DNA from: an uncultured Acidobacteriota bacterium
GTDB lineage: Bacteria; Acidobacteriota; Vicinamibacteria; Vicinamibacterales; UBA8438
Length of the DNA: 64,000 nt
Assembly (NCBI GenBank): GCA_913043225.1
Contig: CAJWLU010000003.1
Coordinates: forward strand, 139,545-203,544
Direction of reading: 5' to 3'
Positions 1 through 9,067 of the stretch are shown here, piece by piece. The notes under the pieces were generated by a model. It worked only from the letters and a program-made list of their open reading frames with translations, had not been told where the DNA came from and did not search any database. The position numbers and the translations under genes were made by a program. Position 1 is the stretch's first letter; the number at the start of each line of letters is the position of its first letter.

Positions 1-1220
1 TCTTCGAGCGTGGCGGCGTGCTCGACGAAGCCCCCCTGGTCCGCCAGCAGGTAGCGATAGTGGGTCGAGCCTGCCTGCCCCGGGGCGTCCGCGCCCGCAT
101 CGATCGTGTAGACGGGTGTGCCCAGTATGCCCGCTTCGAGCTCCGCGCTGGTGTTCAGCCCGATGGCCACGTCCGCGTGTTTCAGCACGTCATAGAGTGA
201 TTGGTCGGCCTGGACGGATCTCGCGCGGGCCAGGGCTATCCCGGAACCGGGGGGTGTGTCGAGCTGGCTCCAGACGCCACGTTCGCGTGGATGGGGTCGC
301 ACCAGCACCTGGAGTTCACGCACCATCGGATCGCCGGAGTTCCTGACGGCGTCGAGCCAGCGGGCGGTGAATGTGGGCTCGTTCGGCGCAACGTGCGGTG
401 ACGAGGCCAGATAGACGGCCAGTCGACGCGATGGGTCGAGCCCGTGGTTGCGGCAGAGCGTCTCGCGGTCGATCGACGGAGACATTCGATAGAACGCATC
501 GAAACGTGGCGCGCCGATCGGCACCACTGCGTCCTTGTGCGCGCCGTGCAGTTCCACGGCCTCCCGCCGCTGTAGCTCGTTCCAGACAAAGACCCGGTCT
601 GGGATCGCGTGGATCAGCCCCTTGTTGCTGAGGTTGTCCCAGCTGAACACCAGGACCGCCGACGGGATTTTGAGCGCCCGCGCCGCCTTCACGTATTCGG
701 CCTGGCGCCCCCCGAAGTTCACCAGCGGGGTGACCAGCAGGAGGTCCGGTCGCTGGTCCCTAAGGAACCGCATGTAGTGTTCGTCGGCCGGGACGAGCGA
801 CTCGAGCTGACTGAAAGTGTGTCGGAGTCGGGTGACCGCCGGGTCGGTCAATCGGAGGAGCAGATCTGGCGTATCGGCCGGGAGGGTCAGGGTGTCGTCA
901 GAGATCGACCCGAGGAGCCGTGTCAGGGCACGATGACGGTTCGCCGTTGCGTCCCACAGTGGAGGCTCGTGATAACGCAGGTAGTCCCGGATCAGGCGAA
1001 GGACACCTAGGGTGGCCTTGAGCCCGTCGTCGCGCCCGGCCGCCGCGCGGATTACTTGGCAGCGGTCGAGGCGCGCCAGCCGTTCGGGCAGGCCCTCCAC
1101 CTTGTTCGTTGGCTTGGCTTGCGCTAGAACCACCTCATGGCCGGCACTGACCAGATGTTCCACAACCTCGTCGAAATGCCGGACGAGACCGAGCCCTTTG
1201 AGGATGAACAGGATGCGCAT
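1..1220 (-). CDS. Hypothetical protein, possibly a GT-B-like glycosyltransferase (partial, C-terminus lies beyond the window edge)
   Basis: My own reverse-strand translation from the ATG at 1220-1218 gives MRILFILKGLGLVRHFDEVVEHLVSAGHEVVLAQ..., later ...VLVFSWDNLSNKGLIHAIPDRVFVWNELQRREAVELHG... The frame stays open to position 1, which explains its absence from the ORF track. The function guess rests only on the Rossmann-like N-terminus. Confidence 0.5.
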   Translation of the reverse strand, partial: MRILFILKGLGLVRHFDEVVEHLVSAGHEVVLAQAKPTNKVEGLPERLARLDRCQVIRAAAGRDDGLKATLGVLRLIRDYLRYHEPPLWDATANRHRALTRLLGSISDDTLTLPADTPDLLLRLTDPAVTRLRHTFSQLESLVPADEHYMRFLRDQRPDLLLVTPLVNFGGRQAEYVKAARALKIPSAVLVFSWDNLSNKGLIHAIPDRVFVWNELQRREAVELHGAHKDAVVPIGAPRFDAFYRMSPSIDRETLCRNHGLDPSRRLAVYLASSPHVAPNEPTFTARWLDAVRNSGDPMVRELQVLVRPHPRERGVWSQLDTPPGSGIALARARSVQADQSLYDVLKHADVAIGLNTSAELEAGILGTPVYTIDAGADAPGQAGSTHYRYLLADQGGFVEHAATLE

Positions 1221-1410
1221 GGGCGTGTCGGGAGGGAGAGTATCGCATATTGCCAGGGCTGCCCCGGGTGGCCCGCGCCGCTGGCGTAGGCCAGTTTAGG
1301 GATTAGGATCTGACCTATGTCCTCCTCCGGATCCCCGCCCGATCCCCGTTGCCGGCGTCAGCTGGAGTTTCTCCTGCTGCGGCCAGGTCAGCGTGGATTG
1401 GGGTAAGACC

Positions 1411-2640
1411 ATGCACAGACGTGAGTTCCTCGCGGCGCTTCCGTGGACGAGCGTGTGGCCCTATGCTTCGAGTCTCACGACCTCGGGGCTTCCGATGGGT
1501 ACCGGCCGGTTGCTACAACGGGCGGCTGCGGCCAGTCCCCGCCTCCGCATCACCGAGATGGAGCTGATCCCGGTGCGGGTCACGGGCCGGACCACCTGGC
1601 TCAACCTGCGCCTGACGACGAATCAGGGGCTGACCGGGCTGGGTGAGGCGTCGCTGGGCCGCCGGACGGAGTTGCCGGATCTCGCTGACTGCTTCGCGCT
1701 GGTGCGCGGCGAGTCGCCGTTCCGCATCGAGCAGTATCGCCAGCGTGGCTGGGCCCGAGCCTCGGCCGGTGATCGGGTGCGGGCGACCGCCTTTAGCGCC
1801 ATCGAGCAGGCGCTCTGGGATCTTGTTGGCAAGGCGCTGGGGGCGTCGGTGAGCGACCTGTTCGGTGGCCGGCTCCGCGACCGGCTCGGCGTCTACGCCA
1901 ACATCAACCGGGCGACAAGTGACCGGACGCCCGAGGGGTTCGCCGCCAATGCGGCCGCGGCCGCCGAGGAGGGGTTCTCCAGCGTCAAGGCGGCTCCGTT
2001 CGACGGTTTCCCCGCGCTCACCCAACCGACCGCCGAGGTCCAGGCGGCCGCCGACCTTGGGGTGGCCTGTGTGGCGGCGATGCGCGAGGCGGGTGGCGAC
2101 CAGCTTGCCATCAAGATCGACGCTCACAGCTTCTTCGATGTGCCGCTGTCAATCGAGATCGCCCGGCGTCTGGAGCCCTACGCGCTGTCCTGGTACGAGG
2201 AGCCGATTCCCCCAACCAGGGTGGCTGATACCAGGGCCATCAAGGAGGCGATCTCCCAGACCATGGCTGGTGGCGAGTTCCTGTTCGGGATGGAGGGATT
2301 CGCCCTGCTCTGCCAGCAGCAGGCTGTGGACATCGTGATGCCTGACGTGAAGCACTGTGGCGGGCTGATCGAGGCCCGGCGGATCGCGGCATTGGCCGAC
2401 CTGCACGGCGTGCTGGTGTCGCCGCACAATCCGAGCGGTCCTGTGTCGACCGCGGTGAGTGTCCAGCTGTGCGCGGCGATGGGCAACTTCGACTTGCTCG
2501 AGTATCAGTGGGGTGAGGTCGCTTGGCGTGGTGAGCTGGTCGATCCGCCGGAGCGCTTCGTTGACGGGACCATAGCCGTGGCCGACGGTCCTGGCTTCGG
2601 CATCGAGTTAAACGACGCTCTGGCGCGCGAGCATGCCTGA
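1411..2640 (+). CDS. Enolase-superfamily enzyme (mandelate racemase / muconate lactonizing enzyme family, sugar-acid dehydratase-like)
   Basis: ORF 1393..2640. Typical MR/MLE features are present: ITEMELIPVRV...GLGEAS N-terminal capping domain, KIDAHSFFD, YEEPIP and MPDVKHCGGL metal/barrel motifs. The ATG at 1411 gives MHRREFLAAL; a GTG at 1393 is an alternative start. Confidence 0.85.
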   Translation: MHRREFLAALPWTSVWPYASSLTTSGLPMGTGRLLQRAAAASPRLRITEMELIPVRVTGRTTWLNLRLTTNQGLTGLGEASLGRRTELPDLADCFALVRGESPFRIEQYRQRGWARASAGDRVRATAFSAIEQALWDLVGKALGASVSDLFGGRLRDRLGVYANINRATSDRTPEGFAANAAAAAEEGFSSVKAAPFDGFPALTQPTAEVQAAADLGVACVAAMREAGGDQLAIKIDAHSFFDVPLSIEIARRLEPYALSWYEEPIPPTRVADTRAIKEAISQTMAGGEFLFGMEGFALLCQQQAVDIVMPDVKHCGGLIEARRIAALADLHGVLVSPHNPSGPVSTAVSVQLCAAMGNFDLLEYQWGEVAWRGELVDPPERFVDGTIAVADGPGFGIELNDALAREHA

Positions 2641-2947
2641 GTCGATGGACGCACCACGCCAATCCTCCTGGCCTCGTGACCACCCCCTCGTCGTTCAGAC
2701 GCTCGCGCTGACGCCACTCGTGTTCCGGCTCCTTGGCCCAGCGCTCGGGGTGTACGTGCTGGTGAGCTTGCTCGTGCCGTTGAGCGGCGGCGAGCTCGAG
2801 GGGATCGGCTGCTACACGTTCGTCCTCTTCCCGCTCGTCATGGCGGTGGCGACCATCTATTCCCCTCGCTTCCGAGATGTCATCGCCTCTGCGTTATTTC
2901 TGGCGCTGTCCTCCGGCCTGTTCGTGACCGCTCACCGGACCTACTGA
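2633..2947 (+). CDS. Hypothetical small membrane protein (may be a C-terminal remnant of a larger integral-membrane glycosyltransferase)
   Basis: 104-aa ORF with about three hydrophobic segments (LGPALGVYVLVSLLVPL, YTFVLFPLVMAVATI, ASALFLALSSGLFV). It overlaps the stop of the upstream gene by 8 nt. I see no recognisable catalytic motif. Confidence 0.35.
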   Translation: MPESMDAPRQSSWPRDHPLVVQTLALTPLVFRLLGPALGVYVLVSLLVPLSGGELEGIGCYTFVLFPLVMAVATIYSPRFRDVIASALFLALSSGLFVTAHRTY

Positions 2948-3154
2948 GTCTCGCCTCCGTCCCGTCGGCCCGGTGCGGCTCCGGTACCCCGAGCGTACCT
3001 TAGTCCGGTGGTCAGCTCGAGCCTCGACCTAGTGTCTGCTTTCCTGCCGTTCCGCGAGAGGCGGTCCCGCGGGTGGGCCCGGGCGAGTGTTCGTTACCGG
3101 CGCCTCTTGTTCCACCGAGAGCTCCCGCCATTCGGTCGAGTGGCCTCCCAGAGG

Positions 3155-3222
3155 TTGACATCGATCCAACCTTAGATTTTGATATACAGAAATATTTATT
3201 ATATGACCTAAAATTAATAAGT
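3155..3222 (+). promoter_or_regulatory. Strongly AT-rich promoter region upstream of the porin-cupredoxin-DUF1111 operon
   Basis: TTGACA at 3155-3160 is followed by about 50 nt of very low GC (cttagattttgatatacagaaatatttattatatgacctaaaattaataag). This sits in an otherwise roughly 67 percent GC context, directly before the GTG start at 3224. Confidence 0.35.
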
Positions 3223-3223
3223 C

Positions 3224-4561
3224 GTGATCACTAGAAACTGCTGCTGGTTGGGATGCTGCGTCGTTGCGTGGCTGATCTCTGTATCGCCGGGCTTTGCCGA
3301 GGGTGTCCCCGTGGCCTCATCAGCAGCGTTCGGCCGGTTGACCGAATGGGCCGAGGGCGGGTGGCAGTTAATTCCACGTCTGCCGTGGTACCGGGAGACG
3401 CCCCGACTGGTAACACCGCGGCCGGTGAACCGCCCGCTGCGGGCTGGGCGACTGCCGGCGCTCGGCGAGACCCGTTTCGCCCAGCAGGACCCCCCAGCCG
3501 GCACTTCCGGATCGACGACATCGGTCTTCGGCGGTATCTCCGGCTACATGGACTTCCATTTCAACGACCGACAGTACGAAGATCCGCAGATCGACTTCCA
3601 CCGATTTGTCCTGTTGTTCACCCACAGCTTCTCGGATCGGGTGCGGTTCGTGTCTGAGCTGGAGCTGGAACACGCGTTCGTCGAGGGCCTGGAGGAGGCG
3701 GGCGAGCTGGAGCTGGAGCAAGCCTTCATCGATTTCCTTGTCTCGCGCGAGCTGAACCTTCGCGCTGGCATGCTTCTGGTGCCGGTGGGCATCATTAACG
3801 AGCGACACGAGCCGCCGGTGTACCACGGGGTGGAGCGACCGTTCGTCGACACGGTCATCGTGCCAAGCACCTGGTTCGAGGCAGGTGCTGGCATCCACGG
3901 AGAGCTTTGGCGGGGCTTCCGTTATCGCACCTACGTGATGGCACCGCTCGACGCGTCTGGATTTGACGCCGAGGAAGGACTCCGCGGCGGTCGGCAAAAG
4001 GGCTCACAAGCCAACTTCCGCAACGTGGCGACGACCGGCCGCATCGAGTATGTCGGGATCCCCGGCCTCTGGGCTGGGGCGAGCTTCTGGCGGGCTAAGA
4101 CCGGGTTCAACTTCCCTCGCGTCGAGAGTCAGGTCACCCTGGGCGAGGTCGACGCCCGCTATCGGGTCGGCGAGCTCGAGACCCGGGCTCAGTATGCCCA
4201 CGTCTGGCTGGACGGCATGGGTGAGCTGAACCGTACGCTGCAGCGTACCATTGGCGTCGGCCCGAACGTGGCGCGTCAGATTCGTGGGTTCTACCTCGAG
4301 GCGTCCTACTTCGTCTCGCCGCGGCCGGCGCCACGTGAGGCGGCGGTGTTTGTGCGTTACGAGAATTTCGATACGCAGTACAAGATGCCAAGCGGCTTCT
4401 CGCCGTTGCCGCAGTTTGACCGAGACGCGTGGGTATTCGGCCTGTCGTACTACCCGGATCCGGACGTTGTGGTGAAGGTGGACTACTCTGTTGTGAACAG
4501 CCAGAGCACCGTGACGGACGAGCCCAACTCGTTCAATGTCGGTCTTGGCTGGTGGTTTTGA
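3224..4561 (+). CDS. Outer-membrane beta-barrel porin-like protein
   Basis: 445 aa with an N-terminal signal-like segment (CCVVAWLISVSPGFAEG). It shows an alternating amphipathic pattern with many aromatic girdle residues and a C-terminal ...FNVGLGWWF ending in Phe, as is typical for OMPs. Confidence 0.7.
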   Translation: MITRNCCWLGCCVVAWLISVSPGFAEGVPVASSAAFGRLTEWAEGGWQLIPRLPWYRETPRLVTPRPVNRPLRAGRLPALGETRFAQQDPPAGTSGSTTSVFGGISGYMDFHFNDRQYEDPQIDFHRFVLLFTHSFSDRVRFVSELELEHAFVEGLEEAGELELEQAFIDFLVSRELNLRAGMLLVPVGIINERHEPPVYHGVERPFVDTVIVPSTWFEAGAGIHGELWRGFRYRTYVMAPLDASGFDAEEGLRGGRQKGSQANFRNVATTGRIEYVGIPGLWAGASFWRAKTGFNFPRVESQVTLGEVDARYRVGELETRAQYAHVWLDGMGELNRTLQRTIGVGPNVARQIRGFYLEASYFVSPRPAPREAAVFVRYENFDTQYKMPSGFSPLPQFDRDAWVFGLSYYPDPDVVVKVDYSVVNSQSTVTDEPNSFNVGLGWWF

Positions 4562-4569
4562 GAGAGCAG

Positions 4570-4956
4570 ATGATCCAGCCCGGTTCTACCCGTCGCATCA
4601 TCCTGACGTTGCTGCTGGCCGCGGCTTCGTCATCGCTTGGCGCGCAGTCCCGCGAGGTCGTCGAGATCATCGCCGAGCGATTCACGTTCACGCCGTCGAA
4701 GATTGAGGTCGAGGTTGGGACGATGGTTGAGATTCACCTTCGTAGCGAGGATACCGACCATGGGTTTCGCCTGGCCGACGGTACCAACGTGATTATCCCG
4801 AAGCGACGCCATGGCGAGGCGGTGGTCGAGTTCGAGGCCGAGAGCCCCGGCACCTACCGGTTCGAGTGCTCGAAGCTCTGTGGCGCCGGCCATCACTTTA
4901 TGCAAGGCGAGATCGTGGTGACGCCGAGAGCCACTGATGCCAGCCTAGTTCGATGA
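4570..4956 (+). CDS. Secreted cupredoxin-domain protein with a CuA-type (cytochrome oxidase subunit II-like) metal site
   Basis: ATG at 4570 (MIQPGSTRRIILTLLLAAASSSLGAQS signal peptide). SEDTDHGF plus ECSKLCGAGHHFMQG match the COX2 CuA pattern H...CxxxCxxxHxxM. The stop overlaps the next start (ATGA at 4953-4956). Confidence 0.8.
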   Translation: MIQPGSTRRIILTLLLAAASSSLGAQSREVVEIIAERFTFTPSKIEVEVGTMVEIHLRSEDTDHGFRLADGTNVIIPKRRHGEAVVEFEAESPGTYRFECSKLCGAGHHFMQGEIVVTPRATDASLVR

Positions 4957-6140
4957 TGCGTCCTCATTTCCTTTCGCTCGTCGTGTGCTTGGTCCTCGTC
5001 GGAGGATTGGCCGGAGCGCTCATCGCCCAGTCACCGCCGGTCCCAGGCGATCCGCTTCCGGGGCTGACGCCGGTGGAGTTTGAGCTCTTCGCCATGGGGC
5101 AGGACGATTTTCTCGAGGTTGAGGAGGCAGAGGAGGGGCTGGGGCCGGCCTACAACGGCACAAGCTGTGGAGGCTGTCACAACGTCCCGGCGGTCGGTGG
5201 GATCTCGCCGGTGGCTGAGCTCCGTGCTGGGATGGTCGACGCCGAAGGCGTGTATCGGGATATCGATCCGGCCTCCGGTTCCCTGTTCCAGTTGTTCTCG
5301 ATACCGACCCACGGGTGCCAAATCCGGATTCCGCCCGAGGCCAACGTCATCGCCCGCCGGGTGCCGATTCCGCTCTTCGGTGCCGGCCTGGTCGAGGCGA
5401 TTCCCGACGAAACGCTGCTTGCGCTGGCGGATCCGCTCGACCTCGACCGCGACGGTGTCAGTGGGAGAGCCGGACTGGTGGAGGATCGTGCCAGTGGCGA
5501 GATCCGGGTGGGGCGCTTCGGCTGGAAGAGTCAGCACGCGACATTGCTCGTGTTCGGGGCTGATGCGTATCGAAACGAGATGGGGATCACAAGTGATCTC
5601 TTCCCCAAAGAACAGGCAAACGGGATCCCGCCAGAGCTAATGCGGTTGTGCGATCCGCTACCGGATCCGGAGGACGCGCCCGAGCCAGGCACGGGCCGTC
5701 GGGGTATCGAAAACTTCGCCTCGTTCATGCAGTTTCTAGCTCCCCTCGCCCGGGGTCCAGTTGACGACCAGGTGGTGATGGGGCAGCAGGTGTTTGACGA
5801 CATTGGCTGTGACACGTGCCACGTGCCGATGCTGCAGACCGGTCCCAGTAGCAATCCGCTCTTCCATCGCCGCCCGGTGCATCTCTTCTCAGATCTCTTG
5901 CTTCACGACGTTGGTACCGGCGATGGCATTGGTCAGGGACCGGCCGCGCCGAATGAGCTACGCACGCCGGCGCTGTGGGGGCTGCGGTTCCGCCGTCCCC
6001 TCCTCCACGACGGCCGCGCAGCGACCGTGTCGGATGCTGTCGAGGCCCATGGGGTCGAGGCGACTGGAGCGCGCAGCGCCTACGACGGCCTGGATCCCGC
6101 CTCACGTGCCGCGCTGCTCGCCTTCCTCGTGTCTCTCTGA
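4953..6140 (+). CDS. Di-heme cytochrome c, DUF1111 family (putative thiol oxidoreductase / peroxidase)
   Basis: 395 aa with a signal peptide and two CxxCH motifs (CGGCHN and CDTCHV). It has the characteristic DUF1111 blocks GRFGWK and LRTPALWG. Confidence 0.85.
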   Translation: MMRPHFLSLVVCLVLVGGLAGALIAQSPPVPGDPLPGLTPVEFELFAMGQDDFLEVEEAEEGLGPAYNGTSCGGCHNVPAVGGISPVAELRAGMVDAEGVYRDIDPASGSLFQLFSIPTHGCQIRIPPEANVIARRVPIPLFGAGLVEAIPDETLLALADPLDLDRDGVSGRAGLVEDRASGEIRVGRFGWKSQHATLLVFGADAYRNEMGITSDLFPKEQANGIPPELMRLCDPLPDPEDAPEPGTGRRGIENFASFMQFLAPLARGPVDDQVVMGQQVFDDIGCDTCHVPMLQTGPSSNPLFHRRPVHLFSDLLLHDVGTGDGIGQGPAAPNELRTPALWGLRFRRPLLHDGRAATVSDAVEAHGVEATGARSAYDGLDPASRAALLAFLVSL

Positions 6141-6143
6141 GCG

Positions 6144-6602
6144 TTGTCCCGCCCCAGCCACTCACGTCCTCGCCGGCTCGCAGCGGATAATGGTCACCCC
6201 GTGACTACGATTGTGCCCGTCGTCGCTCTCTCCGCGAACAAGTCACTCGACTCTGGCGGTTCCGCCACGGTGACGCCGCTTGTCGACATGGCCCTGTACC
6301 ATCACAGCGATGCCGGTGCGAGAGTGGTCAATCTCGGAGACATGCTGCAGATCTGGTTCACCGATCGCTACCGGGCGGCCGTGCACCGGGTGCGGCCTAT
6401 TACCGGCCGATCCCGCTATTGCCTGCCGTTCTTCTTCAGCCCGACCTACGAGACAGACGTTACCTCCCTTCTGACCGGCGAGGAGCAGCCGCCCGACCGC
6501 ACCGTAGGCTGGGGCGCTTTCCGTCAGGCGCGGACCGATGGCGATTATGCGGACTACGGTCACGAAATTCAGATGGCCGACTTTTGGCATGAGGAGCAGT
6601 GA
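6144..6602 (+). pseudogene. Remnant of a 2OG-Fe(II) oxygenase (isopenicillin N synthase-like), C-terminal half only with an internal collapse
   Basis: VVNLGDMLQIWFTDRYRAAVHRV...RYCLPFFFSPTYETDV is the conserved C-terminal jelly-roll block. About 150 N-terminal residues are absent. The HxD region reads TPLVDMALYHHSDAGARVVNLGD, so the first metal His and about 20 residues before VNxGD appear to be lost. Confidence 0.55.
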
Positions 6603-7786
6603 TGGCTAGCGTGCTTGACGGCGTGCGCGTACTTGATTTCGGTCGGTACATCGCGGGCCCCTACTGTGCGGCGTTGCTCGGTGATCTTGGTGCCGACGTC
6701 ATCCGCGTCGAGAAGGTCCAAGGGAGCGAAGATCGATTCCTGGTGCCGGTGAACGACGCCGGTGACGGCGCGATGTACGCGCAGGTGAACCGGAACAAGA
6801 GAGGGCTCACCCTCAACCCGATCAAACCGTCAGGGCGGCTTGTGGTCCGGAAGCTGGTGGCCACCGCCGATATTGTGGTGGCGAATTTGCCCGACGCCGC
6901 ACTCGAGGCGATGGCCCTTGACTACGCCTCGCTGACGGCGGTGAAGCCAGACATCATCCTGACCACGGTGTCGGCTTTCGGCAACGGTGGACCCTATTCG
7001 GAGAAGGTCGGGTTCGATGGTATCGGTCAGGCGATGTCCGGATCGATGTATCTGTCCGGCGAGCCTGGTCAGCCCACCAAGAGCTACGTACCGTGGGTCG
7101 ATTTCACTACTGCGCTCAGCGCCACCGTCGGGACCCTCGCGGCCGTGGTCGCGCGTCAGCGGACCGGGCTAGGACAGCATGTCCAGGGATCGCTGTTGGC
7201 TTCGGCCCTGACCATTGCGAATCCGACGCTCATCGAGCAGGCGGTGCACGCTCCGCATCGGGTGGCGTCGCTGAACCGGAGCCAGGTCTCGGCCCCGTCC
7301 GATACGCATCGGACCAAGGATGGGTGGATCCTGGTGCAGACCATCGGCCAGCCGCTGTTCGAGCGCTGGGCGAACTTGATGGGCGAGCCGCACTGGCTCG
7401 ACGATCCTCGGTTCGTCGATGATATGTCGCGGGGAGATCATGGCGCTGCTATCAGCGAACGGATGGCCGCTTGGTGTGCGGACCGGACGTCGGCTGAGGC
7501 ACTCGACGCACTCGAGCAAGCGAGAATCCCGGCTGGTCCCGTGTACTCCCCCCAACAGGCGCTCGATGACCCCCATGTCCAGGCGATCGAGTTCCTGAAG
7601 CCGGTGGTGTATCCCGGTGCGCCCGGCCCGGTGCCGGTGTCAGATACACCGTTCTCGATGTCCGCTAGTCGACCGGGCATCACCCAGCGTGCCCCCCAGC
7701 TGGGCGAGCACACGGACGAGATTCTGGACGAGCTGGGCTATTCGACTGACGAGGTCGCCGGTCTCCGCGGCGAACGGGTCGTCTAA
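6599..7786 (+). CDS. CoA-transferase family III (CaiB/BaiF-type)
   Basis: LDGVRVLDFGRYIAGPYCAALLGDLGADVIRVE N-terminal signature. The 395-aa length is typical for the family. Confidence 0.9.
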   Translation: MMASVLDGVRVLDFGRYIAGPYCAALLGDLGADVIRVEKVQGSEDRFLVPVNDAGDGAMYAQVNRNKRGLTLNPIKPSGRLVVRKLVATADIVVANLPDAALEAMALDYASLTAVKPDIILTTVSAFGNGGPYSEKVGFDGIGQAMSGSMYLSGEPGQPTKSYVPWVDFTTALSATVGTLAAVVARQRTGLGQHVQGSLLASALTIANPTLIEQAVHAPHRVASLNRSQVSAPSDTHRTKDGWILVQTIGQPLFERWANLMGEPHWLDDPRFVDDMSRGDHGAAISERMAAWCADRTSAEALDALEQARIPAGPVYSPQQALDDPHVQAIEFLKPVVYPGAPGPVPVSDTPFSMSASRPGITQRAPQLGEHTDEILDELGYSTDEVAGLRGERVV

Positions 7787-8012
7787 GGGCTGAAGGTCGT
7801 AGTCATGGCGCCAGGCCCTAGCGCCAGCGTGATCACCGAGGTGACGGTGGAGCCGGAGTTCCCGGGATAGGGCCCGGACGGCGTGGCGCAGGCTCTGGGC
7901 GGTGGACACCTCGGTCAGTAACTTCTAGGTGATGGTGTCGCGGGTGGCCCGACTATAGCGCTTGGCCTCCGTCGGGATGTTGGCTGCGTCTCGGGTTTAT
8001 AATCCGCGGGCC

Positions 8013-8579
8013 ATGATCACAGAATCCGCCACGCTGCCGTCGGTCGTGATCCTCAGCTGTTCGTTGAATCCGCAGAGCCGCTCCCATAAGCTGGCCATTG
8101 CCGCGGAGACCTTCCTACGTGGGCGCGGAGTCGGAGTGGAGCTCATCGATCTCGGCGAGCACGAGTTGCCGCTTTGTGGGACCCAGGGCTCGTTCGACCA
8201 CCCCAACGTGCAGCTGCTGACCGGCAAGATCGACGCTGCCGACACCATCCTAATCTCGGCGCCGGTCTACAACTACGACCTCAACGCCGTAGCTAAGAAC
8301 GCCATGGAATTAACCGGATCTGGCTGGAAGGACAAGCCGGTCGGGTTCCTCTGCGCGGCGGGAGGCAAGGCGAGCTACATGTCGCCGATCAGCTTCGCCA
8401 ACAGCCTCATGTTCGACTTCCGCTGTCACGTGATTCCGCGGTTCGTCTACTGCACAAGACCGGACTTCACGGACGAGGGGCAGCCGGGGCCAGAGATCGT
8501 CCAGCGGACAGAACAACTGGCCGCTGCTGCAGTCGATCTCGCCCGGGGCTTGGCGTGGGCGCGCGCCAATCCGGTCTGA
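8013..8579 (+). CDS. NAD(P)H-dependent FMN reductase family oxidoreductase
   Basis: ATG at 8013 within ORF 7962..8579. VVILSCSLNPQSRSHKLA...LISAPVYNYDLNAVAKNAMEL matches the flavodoxin-like FMN_red fold pattern. Confidence 0.8.
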   Translation: MITESATLPSVVILSCSLNPQSRSHKLAIAAETFLRGRGVGVELIDLGEHELPLCGTQGSFDHPNVQLLTGKIDAADTILISAPVYNYDLNAVAKNAMELTGSGWKDKPVGFLCAAGGKASYMSPISFANSLMFDFRCHVIPRFVYCTRPDFTDEGQPGPEIVQRTEQLAAAAVDLARGLAWARANPV

Positions 8580-8592
8580 GATAGAGGAGATC

Positions 8593-9057
8593 GTGCCAGT
8601 GGCGAGGCGAGCCGCGCTCCGTATCCTCTTGGTTACCGTGTCGCTCCTGATCTCGGTCGTGTCAAGCCGTGCGCAGTTCGCGGCCGAGAACGCGGCCATG
8701 GGAGTGCTCGATGATTTCATGGGCGCGTTCAACGCCCGGGACGACGCGGCGATGTGCGGGACGTTCCACTTTCCGCACCTGCGTTTCGCCAGCGGGGCCG
8801 TACGGACCTACGAGAGTCACGCCGACTGTGTCGCCCAGTTCGATTTCGCTCGATTCGTCGAGCGCACCGGATGGGCGCGCAGCGACTGGGACCGTCGTGC
8901 GGTGGTGCAGGCGAGTCCAGACAAAGTCCACGTAGCAGTGATCTTCAGCCGCTACGCCGCAGACGATCAGCGGCTGTCGCAGTTCGACTCGCTTTACATC
9001 ATCACGCGTGTGGAGGGCCGCTGGGCCATCCGGTCGCGTTCCAGCTTCGCTCCGTAG
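8593..9057 (+). CDS. Secreted NTF2-like (SnoaL/DUF4440-like) protein
   Basis: Signal-like N-terminus (LRILLVTVSLLISVVSSRAQ). GVLDDFMGAFNARDDAAM...FHFPHLRF is typical of the NTF2-like alpha+beta cone fold. Confidence 0.6.
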   Translation: MPVARRAALRILLVTVSLLISVVSSRAQFAAENAAMGVLDDFMGAFNARDDAAMCGTFHFPHLRFASGAVRTYESHADCVAQFDFARFVERTGWARSDWDRRAVVQASPDKVHVAVIFSRYAADDQRLSQFDSLYIITRVEGRWAIRSRSSFAP

Positions 9058-9067
9058 CGGCGGACTG

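Noticed and set aside
3171-3222. The AT-rich porin promoter as a fourth copy of the ATTGAGA-N5-TCTCAAT operator
   Set aside because: The core motif is absent there. It contains only generic AT-rich sequence with a short AAATATTT palindrome.
7640-7909. 89-aa minus-strand ORF in the gap after the CoA-transferase; considered as a transposase or resolvase remnant
   Set aside because: I found no recognisable DDE, HTH or recombinase motif. It partly overlaps the CoA-transferase 3' end.
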